Part shown: piece after piece, positions 9,382 through 20,170 of the stretch | Position numbering within the stretch: position 1 is the first letter of the stretch | Layout: every line of letters begins with the position of its first letter | Source of the DNA: Methanococcus maripaludis | GTDB lineage: Archaea > AGJL01 > Methanococci > Methanococcales > Methanococcaceae | Assembly: GCF_002945325.1 (NCBI RefSeq) | Contig: NZ_CP026606.1 | Location: 1,590,001-1,622,000, forward strand | DNA: 32,000 bases | Direction of reading: 5' to 3' | Program-made: the position numbers and the translations under genes | The notes under the pieces: model-generated | Told to the model about the DNA's origin: nothing | What the model saw: only the letters and a program-made list of their open reading frames with translations | The model's database searches: none

Positions 9382-9614
9382 CTCCCAGGTTTATGATATA
9401 TCCTACACATCAAATGTATATAAATGTTTCTATTTTGGTATTTTAGTTCCTATTTTATGAATAAATTAAGTGTATTTTAAAAAAATAAATTATCAAAAAC
9501 TAAGTCTGAAATCAACTCTACAAAATATTATATATCTGAGATGTATAAAATAGAATTGTAATCATAGTTATTTTTGATAGACGAAACATGAATTGAACGA
9601 ATGGAGGATTCAAC
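9382..9614. promoter_or_regulatory. Divergent pstS / ppsA promoter region
   Basis: 233-bp AT-rich spacer. TTTATATA on the minus strand (9416-9423) lies about 35 nt upstream of pstS. ATTATATAT (9527-9535) and GTATAAAATA (9543-9552) lie upstream of ppsA. GGAGGA lies 6 nt before the ppsA ATG. No transcription start sites can be determined from sequence alone. Confidence 0.4.
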
Positions 9615-11891
9615 ATGAAATTGATAACTTGGCTTGATGATCTCAGAAATGATGATGTTGATATTGCAGGTGGAAAAGGAGCATCTTTAGGGGAGATGTG
9701 GAATGCAAAATTACCTGTACCTCCGGCATTTGTCGTCACTTCAGAAGCTTACCGGTACTTTATCAAAGAAACAAAGCTTCAGGATGAAATTGAAAGAATT
9801 TTGTCAAATATTGATGTTAATAATAATGAAGAATTGAACAAAGCATCAAAAGAAGTTAGATACGCAATTGAAAATGTTAAAATTCCTGATGATTTGAAAT
9901 TAAGCATTATTGAATCATACCACAAAATGTGTGAACTTAGCGGAGACGATGAAACGTTTGTCGCAGTAAGAAGTTCAGCAACTGCAGAAGATTTGCCTGA
10001 TGCAAGTTTTGCAGGGCAGCAGGAAACTTTTTTAAACATGAAAGGAAATGAACAGGTTTTACAAGCAGTTCAAGAGTGTTTTTCATCGTTATTTACTCCA
10101 AGAGCTATTTTTTACAGGGAAGAAAAAGGATTTGATCATTTTGAAGTTGCACTTGCAGCAGTTGTTCAAAAAATGGTAAATGCAGATCAAGCAGGAGTTA
10201 TGTTTACCGTAAACCCTATAAATCAGGATTACAACCAGATGGTAATTGAAGGAGCATGGGGACTTGGGGAAGGTGTAGTTAGCGGAACAGTAAGCCCTGA
10301 CACATATATTGTTGCAAAAGATACTCAAGAAATCCTAAGCGTAAATGTTGCAAGGAAAGATACAATGTTTATAAAAGATGCCGATGGCGTAACAAAAGAA
10401 ATAAAAACGTCTGAAGATTTAATCGAAAAACAGGTTTTATCTGAAGAAATGATCAAAAAACTCGAAAATGTTGGTCAAACAATTGAAAATCACTACAAAA
10501 GACCAATGGATATTGAATGGTCTATTGAAAACGGGGAAATTTACATGTTACAGGCAAGGCCAATTACAACGTTAACTGATAAAAAGGACTCAAAATCTTC
10601 AAATGAAATCGAAGGAAAAATTATATTAAAAGGAATTGGCGCATCTCCCGGAGTTGAATCTGGAAAAGTAAAAATTATTTCGGAAATTGAAGAAATTGGA
10701 AGAATTCTTGATGGGGACATTTTAGTTACCAAAATGACAACTCCTGACATGGTTCCGGCAATGAAAAAAGCGGCTGCAATAATTACGGATGATGGTGGAT
10801 TAACTTGCCACGCTGCAATTATTTCAAGAGAACTTGGAACTCCTTGTGTAGTTGGAACAAAAGGAGCTACGAAAAATTTAAAAGACGAAGAATGTGTCAC
10901 TGTTGATGGTGAAAAAGGAATTGTCTACGAAGGAAAAATTGGCAAACCTGAAGAAAAAGCACCTGCTCAGGTAGTTTATGCGGGAGCTCCAGTAATCACT
11001 GCAACAGAAATAAAAGCAAATGTGAGCATGCCTGAAGTTGCAGAAAGAGCAGCTGCAACCGGTGCTGATGGAGTTGGGCTTTTAAGGGCAGAACACATGA
11101 TTTTAGGAACCGGTGTTCACCCTGGAAAAATCTTAAATGAACAAGGCGAAGGTGCATTAACCGAAGTATTTGCAGAAGGTATCAGAAAAGTTGCAGATGC
11201 ATTCTATCCAAGACCTGTTACATACAGAACTCTTGATGCTCCAACCGACGAGTTTGTTGGTTTAAAAGGTGGTGAAGACGAGCCTCACGAACACAATCCT
11301 ATGATGGGATGGAGAGGTATCCGGAGAGGTCTTGACCAGTCTGAAATTTTAAAATGCGAACTAAAAGCTATTAAAAAATTAAGAGAAGATGGCTACAGAA
11401 ACATTAACGTGATGATTCCTCTAGTTACAAACGTTGATGAAATAAGAAAAGTAAAAGAAATTGCAAACGAAGTTGGCCTAAAACTTAGACAGGATGTAGA
11501 ATTTGGTGTAATGGTCGAAACTCCTGCTGCAGCTTTGATAATCGATGATATTATTGAAGAAGGAATTGATTTCATAAGCCTTGGAACAAACGATTTAACC
11601 CAGTATACAATTGCAATTGATAGAAACAACGAAAATGTTTCAAAATATTACCTTGAAAACCACCCTGCAGTTCTCAAATTGATTGAACTTGTTATAACAT
11701 CCTGTAAAAGTGCAGGTGTAAAAACTTCAATCTGCGGTCAAGCTGGAAGCAGGCCACAAATCGTTGAAAAATTGGTTGAATGGGGAATTACAAGTATTTC
11801 TGCAAACATCGATGCAGTAGAAACAATAAGAAATGTTGTTGCAAGAACAGAACAGAAAATTATTCTTGAATCAATAAGAAAACAAAAATAA
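9615..11891 (+). CDS. ppsA: Phosphoenolpyruvate synthase (pyruvate, water dikinase)
   Basis: Full three-domain architecture: [29 protein letters not shown], the phosphohistidine loop [15 protein letters not shown], and the PEP-utilising C-terminal GTNDLTQY. Confidence 0.95.
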   Translation: MKLITWLDDLRNDDVDIAGGKGASLGEMWNAKLPVPPAFVVTSEAYRYFIKETKLQDEIERILSNIDVNNNEELNKASKEVRYAIENVKIPDDLKLSIIESYHKMCELSGDDETFVAVRSSATAEDLPDASFAGQQETFLNMKGNEQVLQAVQECFSSLFTPRAIFYREEKGFDHFEVALAAVVQKMVNADQAGVMFTVNPINQDYNQMVIEGAWGLGEGVVSGTVSPDTYIVAKDTQEILSVNVARKDTMFIKDADGVTKEIKTSEDLIEKQVLSEEMIKKLENVGQTIENHYKRPMDIEWSIENGEIYMLQARPITTLTDKKDSKSSNEIEGKIILKGIGASPGVESGKVKIISEIEEIGRILDGDILVTKMTTPDMVPAMKKAAAIITDDGGLTCHAAIISRELGTPCVVGTKGATKNLKDEECVTVDGEKGIVYEGKIGKPEEKAPAQVVYAGAPVITATEIKANVSMPEVAERAAATGADGVGLLRAEHMILGTGVHPGKILNEQGEGALTEVFAEGIRKVADAFYPRPVTYRTLDAPTDEFVGLKGGEDEPHEHNPMMGWRGIRRGLDQSEILKCELKAIKKLREDGYRNINVMIPLVTNVDEIRKVKEIANEVGLKLRQDVEFGVMVETPAAALIIDDIIEEGIDFISLGTNDLTQYTIAIDRNNENVSKYYLENHPAVLKLIELVITSCKSAGVKTSICGQAGSRPQIVEKLVEWGITSISANIDAVETIRNVVARTEQKIILESIRKQK

Positions 11892-11912
11892 TTCTTTCTT
11901 TTTTATTTTTTT
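11892..11912 (+). terminator. Oligo-T tracts downstream of ppsA
   Basis: T6 (11899-11904) and T7 (11906-11912) lie immediately after the ppsA stop. Confidence 0.4.
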
Positions 11913-11961
11913 AATATTATATCCTTTAATTTTAATTTACAAATGTGCTGGTGTTTTTGAA

Positions 11962-12408
11962 ATGAATAATGTTGTTATCGGAGGTACCTTTGATATACTG
12001 CACAAAGGCCACGAAAATTTATTAATGCACGCATCAAAATTTGGAAAACTCTTTATTGGAATTACAAGCGATGATTTTATAAAATCGTACAAAAAACACG
12101 ATGTAAATTCATTAAATGTTCGAAAAAACAATTTAAAAAAGTTTTTAGATACTAATAAAATTGATTACGAAATAATGGTAATTAATGACGTGTATGGTAA
12201 CTCTATTTCAGAAAATTATGATATAATTGTCGTAACTCCTGAAACAAAAGAAAATGCCGAAACTATAAATAAAATAAGGGTTAAAAATGGACTAAAACCT
12301 TTAATTATTGAAGTTTATGACTTTTTAATGGCAAAAGATAATGTTCCAATTTCGACTACGAGAATAAGAAATGGGGAGATAGATAAACAAGGAAATTTAA
12401 AACGATGA
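11962..12408 (+). CDS. coaD: Archaeal-type phosphopantetheine adenylyltransferase (cytidylyltransferase fold)
   Basis: [11 protein letters not shown] nucleotidyltransferase motif at the N-terminus. C-terminal ISTTRIR. About 148 aa, as in archaeal PPAT. Confidence 0.7.
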   Translation: MNNVVIGGTFDILHKGHENLLMHASKFGKLFIGITSDDFIKSYKKHDVNSLNVRKNNLKKFLDTNKIDYEIMVINDVYGNSISENYDIIVVTPETKENAETINKIRVKNGLKPLIIEVYDFLMAKDNVPISTTRIRNGEIDKQGNLKR

Positions 12409-13319
12409 TAATTATGGAAATCATGTATGTTATTGTATTTTTAATTTTGATCGGATATATTTCGAGACATTTTAAAATACTCGATGAAAAAGACAGGATG
12501 GTCTTAAATAAAATAGTAATTTACATTGCAATGCCTGCAACAATATTTTTGCAGTTACTTACTAATGTAACGCCCTCAGACCTTCCAGAATTTATGAAAT
12601 TGCCGATAATAATATTTATTTCAACAGCAGCATGTGCACTTTTAGCATATATTGTTGGAAAACGTTTAAAATTGGATAATAAATCACTTGGGGGATTTGT
12701 ACTTGTTGCATCAATTGGAAACACGGGATTTTTAGGGTATCCTGTAATTTTAGGATTTTATGGAGAACAAGGTCTTTTAAGAGCGATATTTTGTGATATG
12801 TCTGCAATTTTTTGCAGCATGCTCCTTGGAACATACATCGGGGTTAAATTAAGCGGTGCTAAAAAAAGCATTTTAAAAGAAGTATTTACATTTCCGCCAC
12901 TGTTTACGGGGATATTTACTTTAATTTTGGTATTATTGCACGTGAACCTATCAATATTCCCTGAATTTTTCACAAAATCGCTTGAATACATGTCTAGTGC
13001 AACAATTCCCTTAATAATGCTTTCACTTGGACTTTCGCTGTCTCCAAAAGCTGCGAAATTTGGAATATTTTACGGAATTTTGGCATCGATATTTAGAATG
13101 GTAATTTCTCCACTTGTGGCCTTCCCAATTTCCGAAAGTATTTTATCAAACCAGCTAGATAAACAAGTAACGATAATGCAATCAGCAATGCCTTCTGCAA
13201 TGATGCCTTTAGTTTATGCGGTGATCTATGATCTGGATGTAAAACTGGTTGCTTCGGCATGTTTTGTATCGACCGTTGTATCGTTGTTTGCGCTACCGAT
13301 ACTTTACACATTAATGTAA
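12405..13319 (+). CDS. AEC (auxin efflux carrier) family membrane transporter
   Basis: About 10 hydrophobic segments. The N-terminus ([15 protein letters not shown]...[15 protein letters not shown]) is typical of the AEC family. The ATGA overlap with the upstream stop suggests coupling. Confidence 0.75.
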   Translation: MIIMEIMYVIVFLILIGYISRHFKILDEKDRMVLNKIVIYIAMPATIFLQLLTNVTPSDLPEFMKLPIIIFISTAACALLAYIVGKRLKLDNKSLGGFVLVASIGNTGFLGYPVILGFYGEQGLLRAIFCDMSAIFCSMLLGTYIGVKLSGAKKSILKEVFTFPPLFTGIFTLILVLLHVNLSIFPEFFTKSLEYMSSATIPLIMLSLGLSLSPKAAKFGIFYGILASIFRMVISPLVAFPISESILSNQLDKQVTIMQSAMPSAMMPLVYAVIYDLDVKLVASACFVSTVVSLFALPILYTLM

Positions 13320-13341
13320 AAGCCATATTTAAACGTCATAA

Positions 13342-13349
13342 TTTTATAT
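13342..13349 (+). promoter_or_regulatory. Candidate TATA box for the galU-led plus-strand glycan operon
   Basis: TTTTATAT lies about 44 nt upstream of the galU ATG. GGGG (13381-13384) lies 8 nt upstream of the start. This is prediction only. Confidence 0.4.
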
Positions 13350-13392
13350 GTGGTTTCAATAATACTATTATAGTTTTTGAGGGGAATATCTA

Positions 13393-14241
13393 ATGATAAA
13401 AAAAGCTATCATACCTGCAGCAGGATTTGGAACAAGGCTTCTTCCAATTACAAAAGCACAGCCAAAAGAGATGTTGCCAGTACTTGGAAAACCAATTATA
13501 CAGTATGTAATTGAAGATTTGGCAAATGCTGGAATTGAGGATATTTTAGTAATTACTGGTCGTGGAAAATACGCAATAGAAAACCACTTTGATAAAAATT
13601 TTGAACTCGAAGAACGGTTAAAAAAAGATGGAAAATGCGAACCTCTAAAAAAAATTTTAGATATTAATGAATTTGCAAATATATACTACACAAGGCAGGG
13701 AAAACAAAATGGCCTTGGAGATGCAGTACATTGTGGAAAAGAGTTTATTTGTGAGGATTACACAATAGTAATGGTTGGGGATACAATTTATTCTGGAAAT
13801 GTGCCAAAAAAACTCATTGAAGCACATGAAAAATATGGATGTTCAGTAATTGCACTTGAAAGAGTTCCAAAAGAAGATGTCCATAAATATGGAGTAATAT
13901 CTGGAAAAGAACTTGAAAGTGGAATCTTTGAAATAAATGATCTTGTTGAAAAGCCAAATGTAGAAGATGCTCCATCAAATCTGATAATTACTGGGGCTTA
14001 TTTATTATCTTCAAAAATATTTGATCACATTGAAAACACGAAACCCGGAAGGGGTGGAGAAATCCAGCTTACTGATGCTATGAAAACATTGTTAAAAGAA
14101 GAAAAAATTATTGGTCTCGAAGTTGATTTCAAAAGATATGATATTGGAGACATTAAAGGATGGCTTGAAGCAAACGTTGAACTTGGAATAGAACATATAG
14201 ATGGGTTTAAAGAATACATCAAAGACCTATGTGATGATTAA
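13393..14241 (+). CDS. galU: UTP-glucose-1-phosphate uridylyltransferase
   Basis: KAIIPAAGFGTRLLPITKAQPKEMLPV, GLGDAV and VEKP are canonical GalU motifs. Confidence 0.9.
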   Translation: MIKKAIIPAAGFGTRLLPITKAQPKEMLPVLGKPIIQYVIEDLANAGIEDILVITGRGKYAIENHFDKNFELEERLKKDGKCEPLKKILDINEFANIYYTRQGKQNGLGDAVHCGKEFICEDYTIVMVGDTIYSGNVPKKLIEAHEKYGCSVIALERVPKEDVHKYGVISGKELESGIFEINDLVEKPNVEDAPSNLIITGAYLLSSKIFDHIENTKPGRGGEIQLTDAMKTLLKEEKIIGLEVDFKRYDIGDIKGWLEANVELGIEHIDGFKEYIKDLCDD

Positions 14242-14274
14242 AAATATACATACTAATTTATTTTTGGTGAGATT

Positions 14275-15150
14275 TTGAAAATTTTAGTAACTGGCGGTGC
14301 AGGATTTATCGGAAGCCATATTGTTGATATTTTAATTGAAAATGGTCACGATGTATCAATTTTAGATAATTTAAGCACGGGAAATGAAAAAAATTTAAAT
14401 TCAAAAGCAAAATTTATCAAAGGAGATATTTTAGATAAAAATTTAGATTTAACTGGATTTGATTGCGTAATTCACGAAGCAGCACAGATCAATGTTAGAA
14501 CTTCGATTGAAGATCCTGTTTTTGATGCAAATATAAATATTCTTGGGACTGTTAATATTTTAGAAAAAATGAAAGAAAATGGCGTTAAAAAGATTATATT
14601 TTCATCATCAGTCGCCACAGTCGGGGAACCAGAATATTTACCTGTTGACGAAAATCACACTTTAAAACCCTTATCCCCTTATGGGTTGAGTAAAGTTTGT
14701 GCAGAAGAATATATTAAACTTTATAATAAATTTTATGGAACCGAATACTGTATTTTAAGATACGCAAATGTTTATGGTGAAAGGCAGGATCCACTTGGTG
14801 AAGCAGGAGTTATTTCAATTTTTATAGATAAAATGAAAAAAGGAGAACAGCCTGTGATTTATGGCGACGGAAATCAAACTCGGGATTTTGTAAATGTCAA
14901 AGACGTTGCAAGAGCAAATTTAATGGCTTTAAATTGGAAAAATGAAACAGTAAATATATGTTCTGGAAAAGAAATCTCCATAAATGAACTTTTCAAAATT
15001 ATTTCCTCAGAACATGGTTTTGATTTAAATCCTATTTATGAAGAAGGAATGGACGGTGAAATTTATCAGATATATATGGAGAATGATAACGCTAAAAGTT
15101 TAGGCTGGGTTCCAGAAGTTGAATTAGAAAATGGGATTAAAGAGATTTAA
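14275..15150 (+). CDS. NAD-dependent nucleotide-sugar epimerase (GalE-like extended SDR)
   Basis: VTGGAGFIGSH Rossmann motif and catalytic SPYGLSK (YxxxK). TTG start with GGTGA 3 nt upstream. Substrate cannot be decided from sequence (UDP-Glc, UDP-GlcNAc or UDP-GlcA). Confidence 0.8.
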   Translation: MKILVTGGAGFIGSHIVDILIENGHDVSILDNLSTGNEKNLNSKAKFIKGDILDKNLDLTGFDCVIHEAAQINVRTSIEDPVFDANINILGTVNILEKMKENGVKKIIFSSSVATVGEPEYLPVDENHTLKPLSPYGLSKVCAEEYIKLYNKFYGTEYCILRYANVYGERQDPLGEAGVISIFIDKMKKGEQPVIYGDGNQTRDFVNVKDVARANLMALNWKNETVNICSGKEISINELFKIISSEHGFDLNPIYEEGMDGEIYQIYMENDNAKSLGWVPEVELENGIKEI

Positions 15151-15153
15151 GAT

Positions 15154-16488
15154 ATGTGTGAAAAGATGAAAATTTCAGTTATTGGAACAGGTTATGTTGG
15201 GTTAATTCAAGCGGTAGGTTTGGCAAGTTTCGGGTTTGACGTTACGGGTATTGACATTGATGAATCAAAAGTTAAAATGTTAAATAATGGTGTTTGTCCA
15301 TTATATGAGGATGGTTTAGAAAAACTTTTAAAAAAACATGTTGGAAATAATTTAAAATTTACAACTTCTTATGAAGAAACTATTGATTCTGACGTTATTT
15401 TTTTATGTGTTGGCACTCCTCAGGACAAAGAAGGAAATACTGATTTAAAATATATTTTTTCAGCAGTTGAAATGTTAAAAAAACATTTTCAAAGTCAAAA
15501 ATGGTTGGTTATAAAATCAACAGTTCCAATTGGAACTAACCGTCTTTTAAAAGAACGTTTAACAGGGTATGATATCGAGATTATATCGAATCCCGAATTT
15601 TTAAAAGAAGGAGTCGCTTTAAAAGAATTTTTAAACCCTGAAAGAATAGTTTTGGGTTTTGATGAAAATGATTCATCATCAAAAGAAATTTTAGAAAAAA
15701 TATATAAAAATTTTAAAGAAAAAAATATTCCATTTATTTTAACAAACTATGAAACATCAGAAATGATAAAATATGCTTCAAATGCATTTTTGGCAACCAA
15801 AATTTCATTTATAAATGAACTTTCTAAATTGGCCGATAAAACAAATGCAGATATAAAAACAGTAGCTTATTCAATGGGACTTGATGATCGAATCGGAAAA
15901 AAATTTTTAAATGCAGGGATTGGTTATGGAGGGTCATGTTTCCCAAAAGATGTAAAATCCCTGATAAAACAATTTGAATATAATGGGGTAGTTCCAAAAA
16001 TTATAACTGCAACAAATAGTGTAAATGAAAATCAGATAAAATGGTTTTTTGGAAAAATTAAGAATTATTATGGTAATATAAATGGTAAAACCTTTGCAAT
16101 TTTGGGCTTAGCATTTAAGCCAGATACTGACGATTTAAGGGAAAGTGCAGGTATAAAATTAATCGATTTATTATTATGTGAAGGAGCAATTATTAAAGGA
16201 TATGATTATATTAAACAGGCGCGTGAAAATGCATGTAATATATACAAGTCAAATGCCTCAAAACCATTTCATGGCTCCAATTTTTATGTTTTGGATAATT
16301 TATATGATACGGTTTCCAATGTTGATGGAATAATTATAACGGTTGAAGACAATAAATTGAATTATGAGGATTGGTCAAATATTTTTAATTTAGCAAGCGA
16401 AAAAATAATTTTTGATGGAAAAAATATATTGCATAAAGAAAAAGTTGAAAAATTCGGTTTTGAATACTTTGGCGTTGGATTAAAATAA
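15154..16488 (+). CDS. ugd: UDP-glucose 6-dehydrogenase family protein
   Basis: ISVIGTGYVGL, and GYGGSCFPKD with the catalytic Cys. The start may be the ATG at 15166 (MKISVIG). Confidence 0.88.
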   Translation: MCEKMKISVIGTGYVGLIQAVGLASFGFDVTGIDIDESKVKMLNNGVCPLYEDGLEKLLKKHVGNNLKFTTSYEETIDSDVIFLCVGTPQDKEGNTDLKYIFSAVEMLKKHFQSQKWLVIKSTVPIGTNRLLKERLTGYDIEIISNPEFLKEGVALKEFLNPERIVLGFDENDSSSKEILEKIYKNFKEKNIPFILTNYETSEMIKYASNAFLATKISFINELSKLADKTNADIKTVAYSMGLDDRIGKKFLNAGIGYGGSCFPKDVKSLIKQFEYNGVVPKIITATNSVNENQIKWFFGKIKNYYGNINGKTFAILGLAFKPDTDDLRESAGIKLIDLLLCEGAIIKGYDYIKQARENACNIYKSNASKPFHGSNFYVLDNLYDTVSNVDGIIITVEDNKLNYEDWSNIFNLASEKIIFDGKNILHKEKVEKFGFEYFGVGLK

Positions 16489-16659
16489 TTTTGTTAAGAT
16501 TATATACTTTAGCCTATTTGAAAGAAGAATATCCAAAAAATAATTTAAAATTTTAAATCATTAACTGATACCTTTTCAATAGTGGTTAATGGAAAGTTTT
16601 AGGATATGCTCAAATTTCAGGGTTGTGTCTGACTAAAAACAATAACAATTGGTGCTACA

Positions 16660-18174
16660 ATGTCTTATAAAGAACGGGTTTTAAAAGGAGTAAGTTGGAA
16701 TTTTCTGCTTCTATTGGCAGCTGCACCAATTGGTTATTTTGTTAGGATTTTATATTCAAATGAAATCCCTAAATTAGATGTGGGTTTATTTTATGCAGTT
16801 TTCGATTTTTGTTGCATGATCGCTATTTTCAAGAATTTGGGACTAAATGCTGCACTGGTTAGGTTTATTCCAAAGTATTTACATGAAAAAAGACTAGATT
16901 TAGTTAAATCTTCGATAATATGTGCAGGGGTATTGCAGACTACTGTATCCTTAATTATGACCTTATTAATAATTTTGTTATCTTCATTTATCGCAACATA
17001 TTACATAAACAACCAAGGTCAATTTACGGGTCAGTTGGATTTGGTTATCTGTGTTTTAATTATTTTGAGTATTGGTTATTGGTTTCAAAGTATTATGGAC
17101 GTTGTTGCCAATAGTATATGGGGTTTTCAAAATCAAAAATATTATGGAACTATAAATTTTGTTAAAATATTTATGGTTTTAATTATATCATTTATTTTAA
17201 TACATGTTTTTGATGTGCGTACTGTTTTTACCCCAATATGCGCTTACACTTTAGCACCGATTTTAATGATTTTTATATATACATATATTTTTATTAAAAA
17301 GATATTTCCTGAATTTTTTATTGAAAAATTTTCATTTTCAAAAAAACTCACAAAGGACTTATTTAGTTATGGTTTACCACTTATGATGGGCAGTGCTGGA
17401 GCTTTAGTTTTAAATTATATCGACGGGATATGTTTAACTTATTTTGCAGGGTTAAATGCAGTTGCAGATTATAGGAATGTTGCAATGCCAACAGTCAGTA
17501 TTTTACGATATTTTGCAACAGCTGTTGGTGCAGTTTTATTTCCAATGAGTTCAGAATTATGGGAAATGGGGCATGGAGGCATATTGGGAAAAAGTGTCGA
17601 AAAGATATGTTTATATTCTTTTGTGGCAGTTTTTCCGATTACTGTTTTAACAGCATATTTTCCAGAAGTTATCGTAAATTTATTTTTTAACACTCAGTAT
17701 TTACCTGCAGCAGATGCTATAAGAATATTAAGTTTGGGAACTATATTTTTTACATTAAATAGTATAGGATTTAATGTTTTAAATGGGATCGGAAAGTCAC
17801 TATTATCTACAAAAATAATATATTTTGGAGCAATTTTTAATTTAATATTTAACATATTGTTAATACCAAAATTTGGGATCGTCGGGGCATCTGCAACAAC
17901 TGTTTTGGGGTATCTTTTAATGTGGATTTTGCAAGCACGGTATTTGGGTGACTTTATAAATTACTCAAACATGCTCAAGAAGTGGTTAATAACAACTCTT
18001 TTAGGAGTTTTTAGCTTAATTCCCTTGATATTCGTAACAAAAATTATAAATAATATTATTTTACAATTATCTGTTGGTATGGCCGTCTATTTGGGCGTAT
18101 ATGCACTGGGCATTATATTATTCAAAATTATAGAAATCGAGAAGTTAAAAGAAATGTTTAGAATAGGTATTTAA
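16660..18174 (+). CDS. Wzx-like polysaccharide/oligosaccharide flippase (MOP superfamily)
   Basis: 504 aa with about 14 hydrophobic segments and a polysaccharide-biosynthesis-protein-like layout. GGTG lies 5 nt upstream of the ATG. Confidence 0.75.
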   Translation: MSYKERVLKGVSWNFLLLLAAAPIGYFVRILYSNEIPKLDVGLFYAVFDFCCMIAIFKNLGLNAALVRFIPKYLHEKRLDLVKSSIICAGVLQTTVSLIMTLLIILLSSFIATYYINNQGQFTGQLDLVICVLIILSIGYWFQSIMDVVANSIWGFQNQKYYGTINFVKIFMVLIISFILIHVFDVRTVFTPICAYTLAPILMIFIYTYIFIKKIFPEFFIEKFSFSKKLTKDLFSYGLPLMMGSAGALVLNYIDGICLTYFAGLNAVADYRNVAMPTVSILRYFATAVGAVLFPMSSELWEMGHGGILGKSVEKICLYSFVAVFPITVLTAYFPEVIVNLFFNTQYLPAADAIRILSLGTIFFTLNSIGFNVLNGIGKSLLSTKIIYFGAIFNLIFNILLIPKFGIVGASATTVLGYLLMWILQARYLGDFINYSNMLKKWLITTLLGVFSLIPLIFVTKIINNIILQLSVGMAVYLGVYALGIILFKIIEIEKLKEMFRIGI

Positions 18175-18307
18175 AGATATAATTATAATTGTTAATTTTC
18201 AGAATAATAATGGAAATGTTCATCTATTTTGGCAGTAATGTGTCAGGTTTACAAATTTTAATTAATGGCGTATATTGATAAAAAATATTGAATTATAGTT
18301 TTATTTA

Positions 18308-19381
18308 GTGGAAAATATGGGAAAAATATATTATTATTTAAAAAAAGATTTGAATACTTTTGAAGGTAAGGATAAAATTAGTGGTGAAGTATACAATTAT
18401 CTGAAAAAATATTATTCTAATTTAGAAATTTTTGATGAGTTTTCTATATCCTATGGGGATGATGATATAATTCATATAAATTCTTCAGGAATTTTAGATT
18501 CTATTAAATATGGTAAAATGAATAAGAATTTAAAGATATACTCTCTTTATTCTAATCTGAAAGCAAATCCTATAACGCTCTTACGAGACTCTATTGATTT
18601 TTTTAAACTAAAAGATAAAAATTTAAAAATTTCATTATTTTATTTATTTAAAAGACGTTCATTTCCAATTTTTTTGAGTTTAATCCCTTGGTTTCTAATT
18701 AAAAAAATATTGGGACAAAATGAAGTTTTAATTTTGCCAAACAAATATCTTTACAAGAATTTAAATATAAAAACCGCTAAAATCATCCCCATTGGAATAG
18801 ATGCTGTTAAATTTCATAAAAAAAATATTGAAAAAAATTCAAAAATCACTGTAGCTTATGCGGGCCATCCCGCAGTCGACAAGGGTATTATCGAGGTTTT
18901 AAAAATATTTAGTCGGTTGGATAGTACAAAGTTTAGAAAAGTCCTGTTTTTAACAAATTTGAATATAAATTTAGACTACTTGAAAAAAATAGATCCGAGT
19001 GTTGAAATATTTGGGCCCCAAAAAGATATTGTAGATACATATAATTCGATAGATATTTTGATTTTACCCTATAGGCATGAAATCAGCAGCATTGCTAGCC
19101 CGCTAGTTTTAATTGAGGCTATGGCATGTGAGGTTCCGGTAATAACTAGTGATTTACCCCACGTTAAGGAAATAGGGGGGGAGATATTACAATATGTTAA
19201 ACCATTTGATATTTCGGATTTTGTTAAAAAAGTCAGTGATCTTGCAAATAATCCTGAAAAAAGATTGGAAATGGGAAAAAAATCTAGAAATATTGTTTTA
19301 GAATATTATGACGAAAAAGAAACATTAATGAAATATATGAAAATTTATGATACTGTGATTAAAAGGGACCAAAATGAATGA
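18308..19381 (+). CDS. Glycosyltransferase, GT4-like (GT-B fold)
   Basis: The C-terminal donor-binding region (ILILPYRHE...PLVLIEAMACEVPVITSD) matches the GT4 EX7E region. The N-terminal half is divergent. The ATG at 18317 is the more likely start (18308 is GTG). Confidence 0.75.
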   Translation: MENMGKIYYYLKKDLNTFEGKDKISGEVYNYLKKYYSNLEIFDEFSISYGDDDIIHINSSGILDSIKYGKMNKNLKIYSLYSNLKANPITLLRDSIDFFKLKDKNLKISLFYLFKRRSFPIFLSLIPWFLIKKILGQNEVLILPNKYLYKNLNIKTAKIIPIGIDAVKFHKKNIEKNSKITVAYAGHPAVDKGIIEVLKIFSRLDSTKFRKVLFLTNLNINLDYLKKIDPSVEIFGPQKDIVDTYNSIDILILPYRHEISSIASPLVLIEAMACEVPVITSDLPHVKEIGGEILQYVKPFDISDFVKKVSDLANNPEKRLEMGKKSRNIVLEYYDEKETLMKYMKIYDTVIKRDQNE

Positions 19382-20123
19382 AAAAAGTATAAAAAACGTA
19401 TTGGATTTGGCACAAGAACTTCGGTCAAATAATATAAGGTTTTTCTTTCATGATTACGATCGATGGATGACGAGTACTGATATCGATATTTCATTAAATA
19501 GCGATGATATAACTAATTTTCACAAAATAATGACTAAAAATGAATTTAAACTACTTTCAAAATTTCCTCCTTGGAAGTTATTTTATGTGAAATATCAAAA
19601 CGGAGACATAATTTTCTTTGACACCCATTTGGATGCATACGAAGGAGTTTCTAAGGATATTTTGTTTCCAAATTCATCAAATTACTTTTTGGACGAAAAC
19701 AAACAACTTTTTTATTATATATACCGAATCAGTATTGGACAACCTTGCTTAATTGAAATAATATCTCCATTTGTATATTATTTGGAGTATTTGCTACGAA
19801 CTTTATTTTTGTATCCTGAACGAATAAAATATTCGGCTGTTTTAACCGACAGATGGTTTTATGATTTAAATACTTCTCCGAACGCATCAAATAACATTGT
19901 GAAATTTTTAAATAAACTGCTTCCAAAACCCTCTTTGGTAGTTTATTTGTATAATGATATAGATGTTTTAATAACTAGAAAACCCGATCATCCAAAAAGT
20001 GATTTAGAAAGACAATTAGCTAGCTTTAATGAAATAGAAAATATTTTTGATTTAAAAATTAAATCGGGAAATAAAGGGGAAGTTATAAATGAGATTATGG
20101 ATAGGATTATTAAATTACTATGA
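19374..20123 (+). CDS. Hypothetical protein; possible nucleotidyltransferase-like N-terminus and P-loop-less kinase-like C-terminus
   Basis: 8-nt overlap with the upstream GT4 (ATGAATGA). Motifs are weak: TDIDISLNSDD ... FFDTHLD in the N-terminal half, and DRWFYDL ... PKPSLVVYLYNDIDVLITRK in the C-terminal half. No Walker A motif is visible. Confidence 0.5.
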   Translation: MNEKSIKNVLDLAQELRSNNIRFFFHDYDRWMTSTDIDISLNSDDITNFHKIMTKNEFKLLSKFPPWKLFYVKYQNGDIIFFDTHLDAYEGVSKDILFPNSSNYFLDENKQLFYYIYRISIGQPCLIEIISPFVYYLEYLLRTLFLYPERIKYSAVLTDRWFYDLNTSPNASNNIVKFLNKLLPKPSLVVYLYNDIDVLITRKPDHPKSDLERQLASFNEIENIFDLKIKSGNKGEVINEIMDRIIKLL

Positions 20124-20170
20124 TGCTTATTTTTGAATATGTTAAATAAAACTGATTTTACGTGGTTTAA

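Noticed and set aside
9518-9739. Minus-strand ORF 9518-9739 spanning the ppsA start could be a small divergent gene.
   Set aside because: It overlaps the ppsA 5' coding region in antisense, has no SD-like motif, and its translation has no recognisable features. The region is better explained as the ppsA promoter and 5' end.
11962-12408. The PPAT-like protein and HldC share the identical octapeptide FDILHKGH. This could suggest a recent duplication.
   Set aside because: This is the conserved (T/H)xGH nucleotide-binding motif of the cytidylyltransferase fold. Outside it the two proteins and their DNA differ extensively, so the relationship is ancient superfamily membership, not a repeat.
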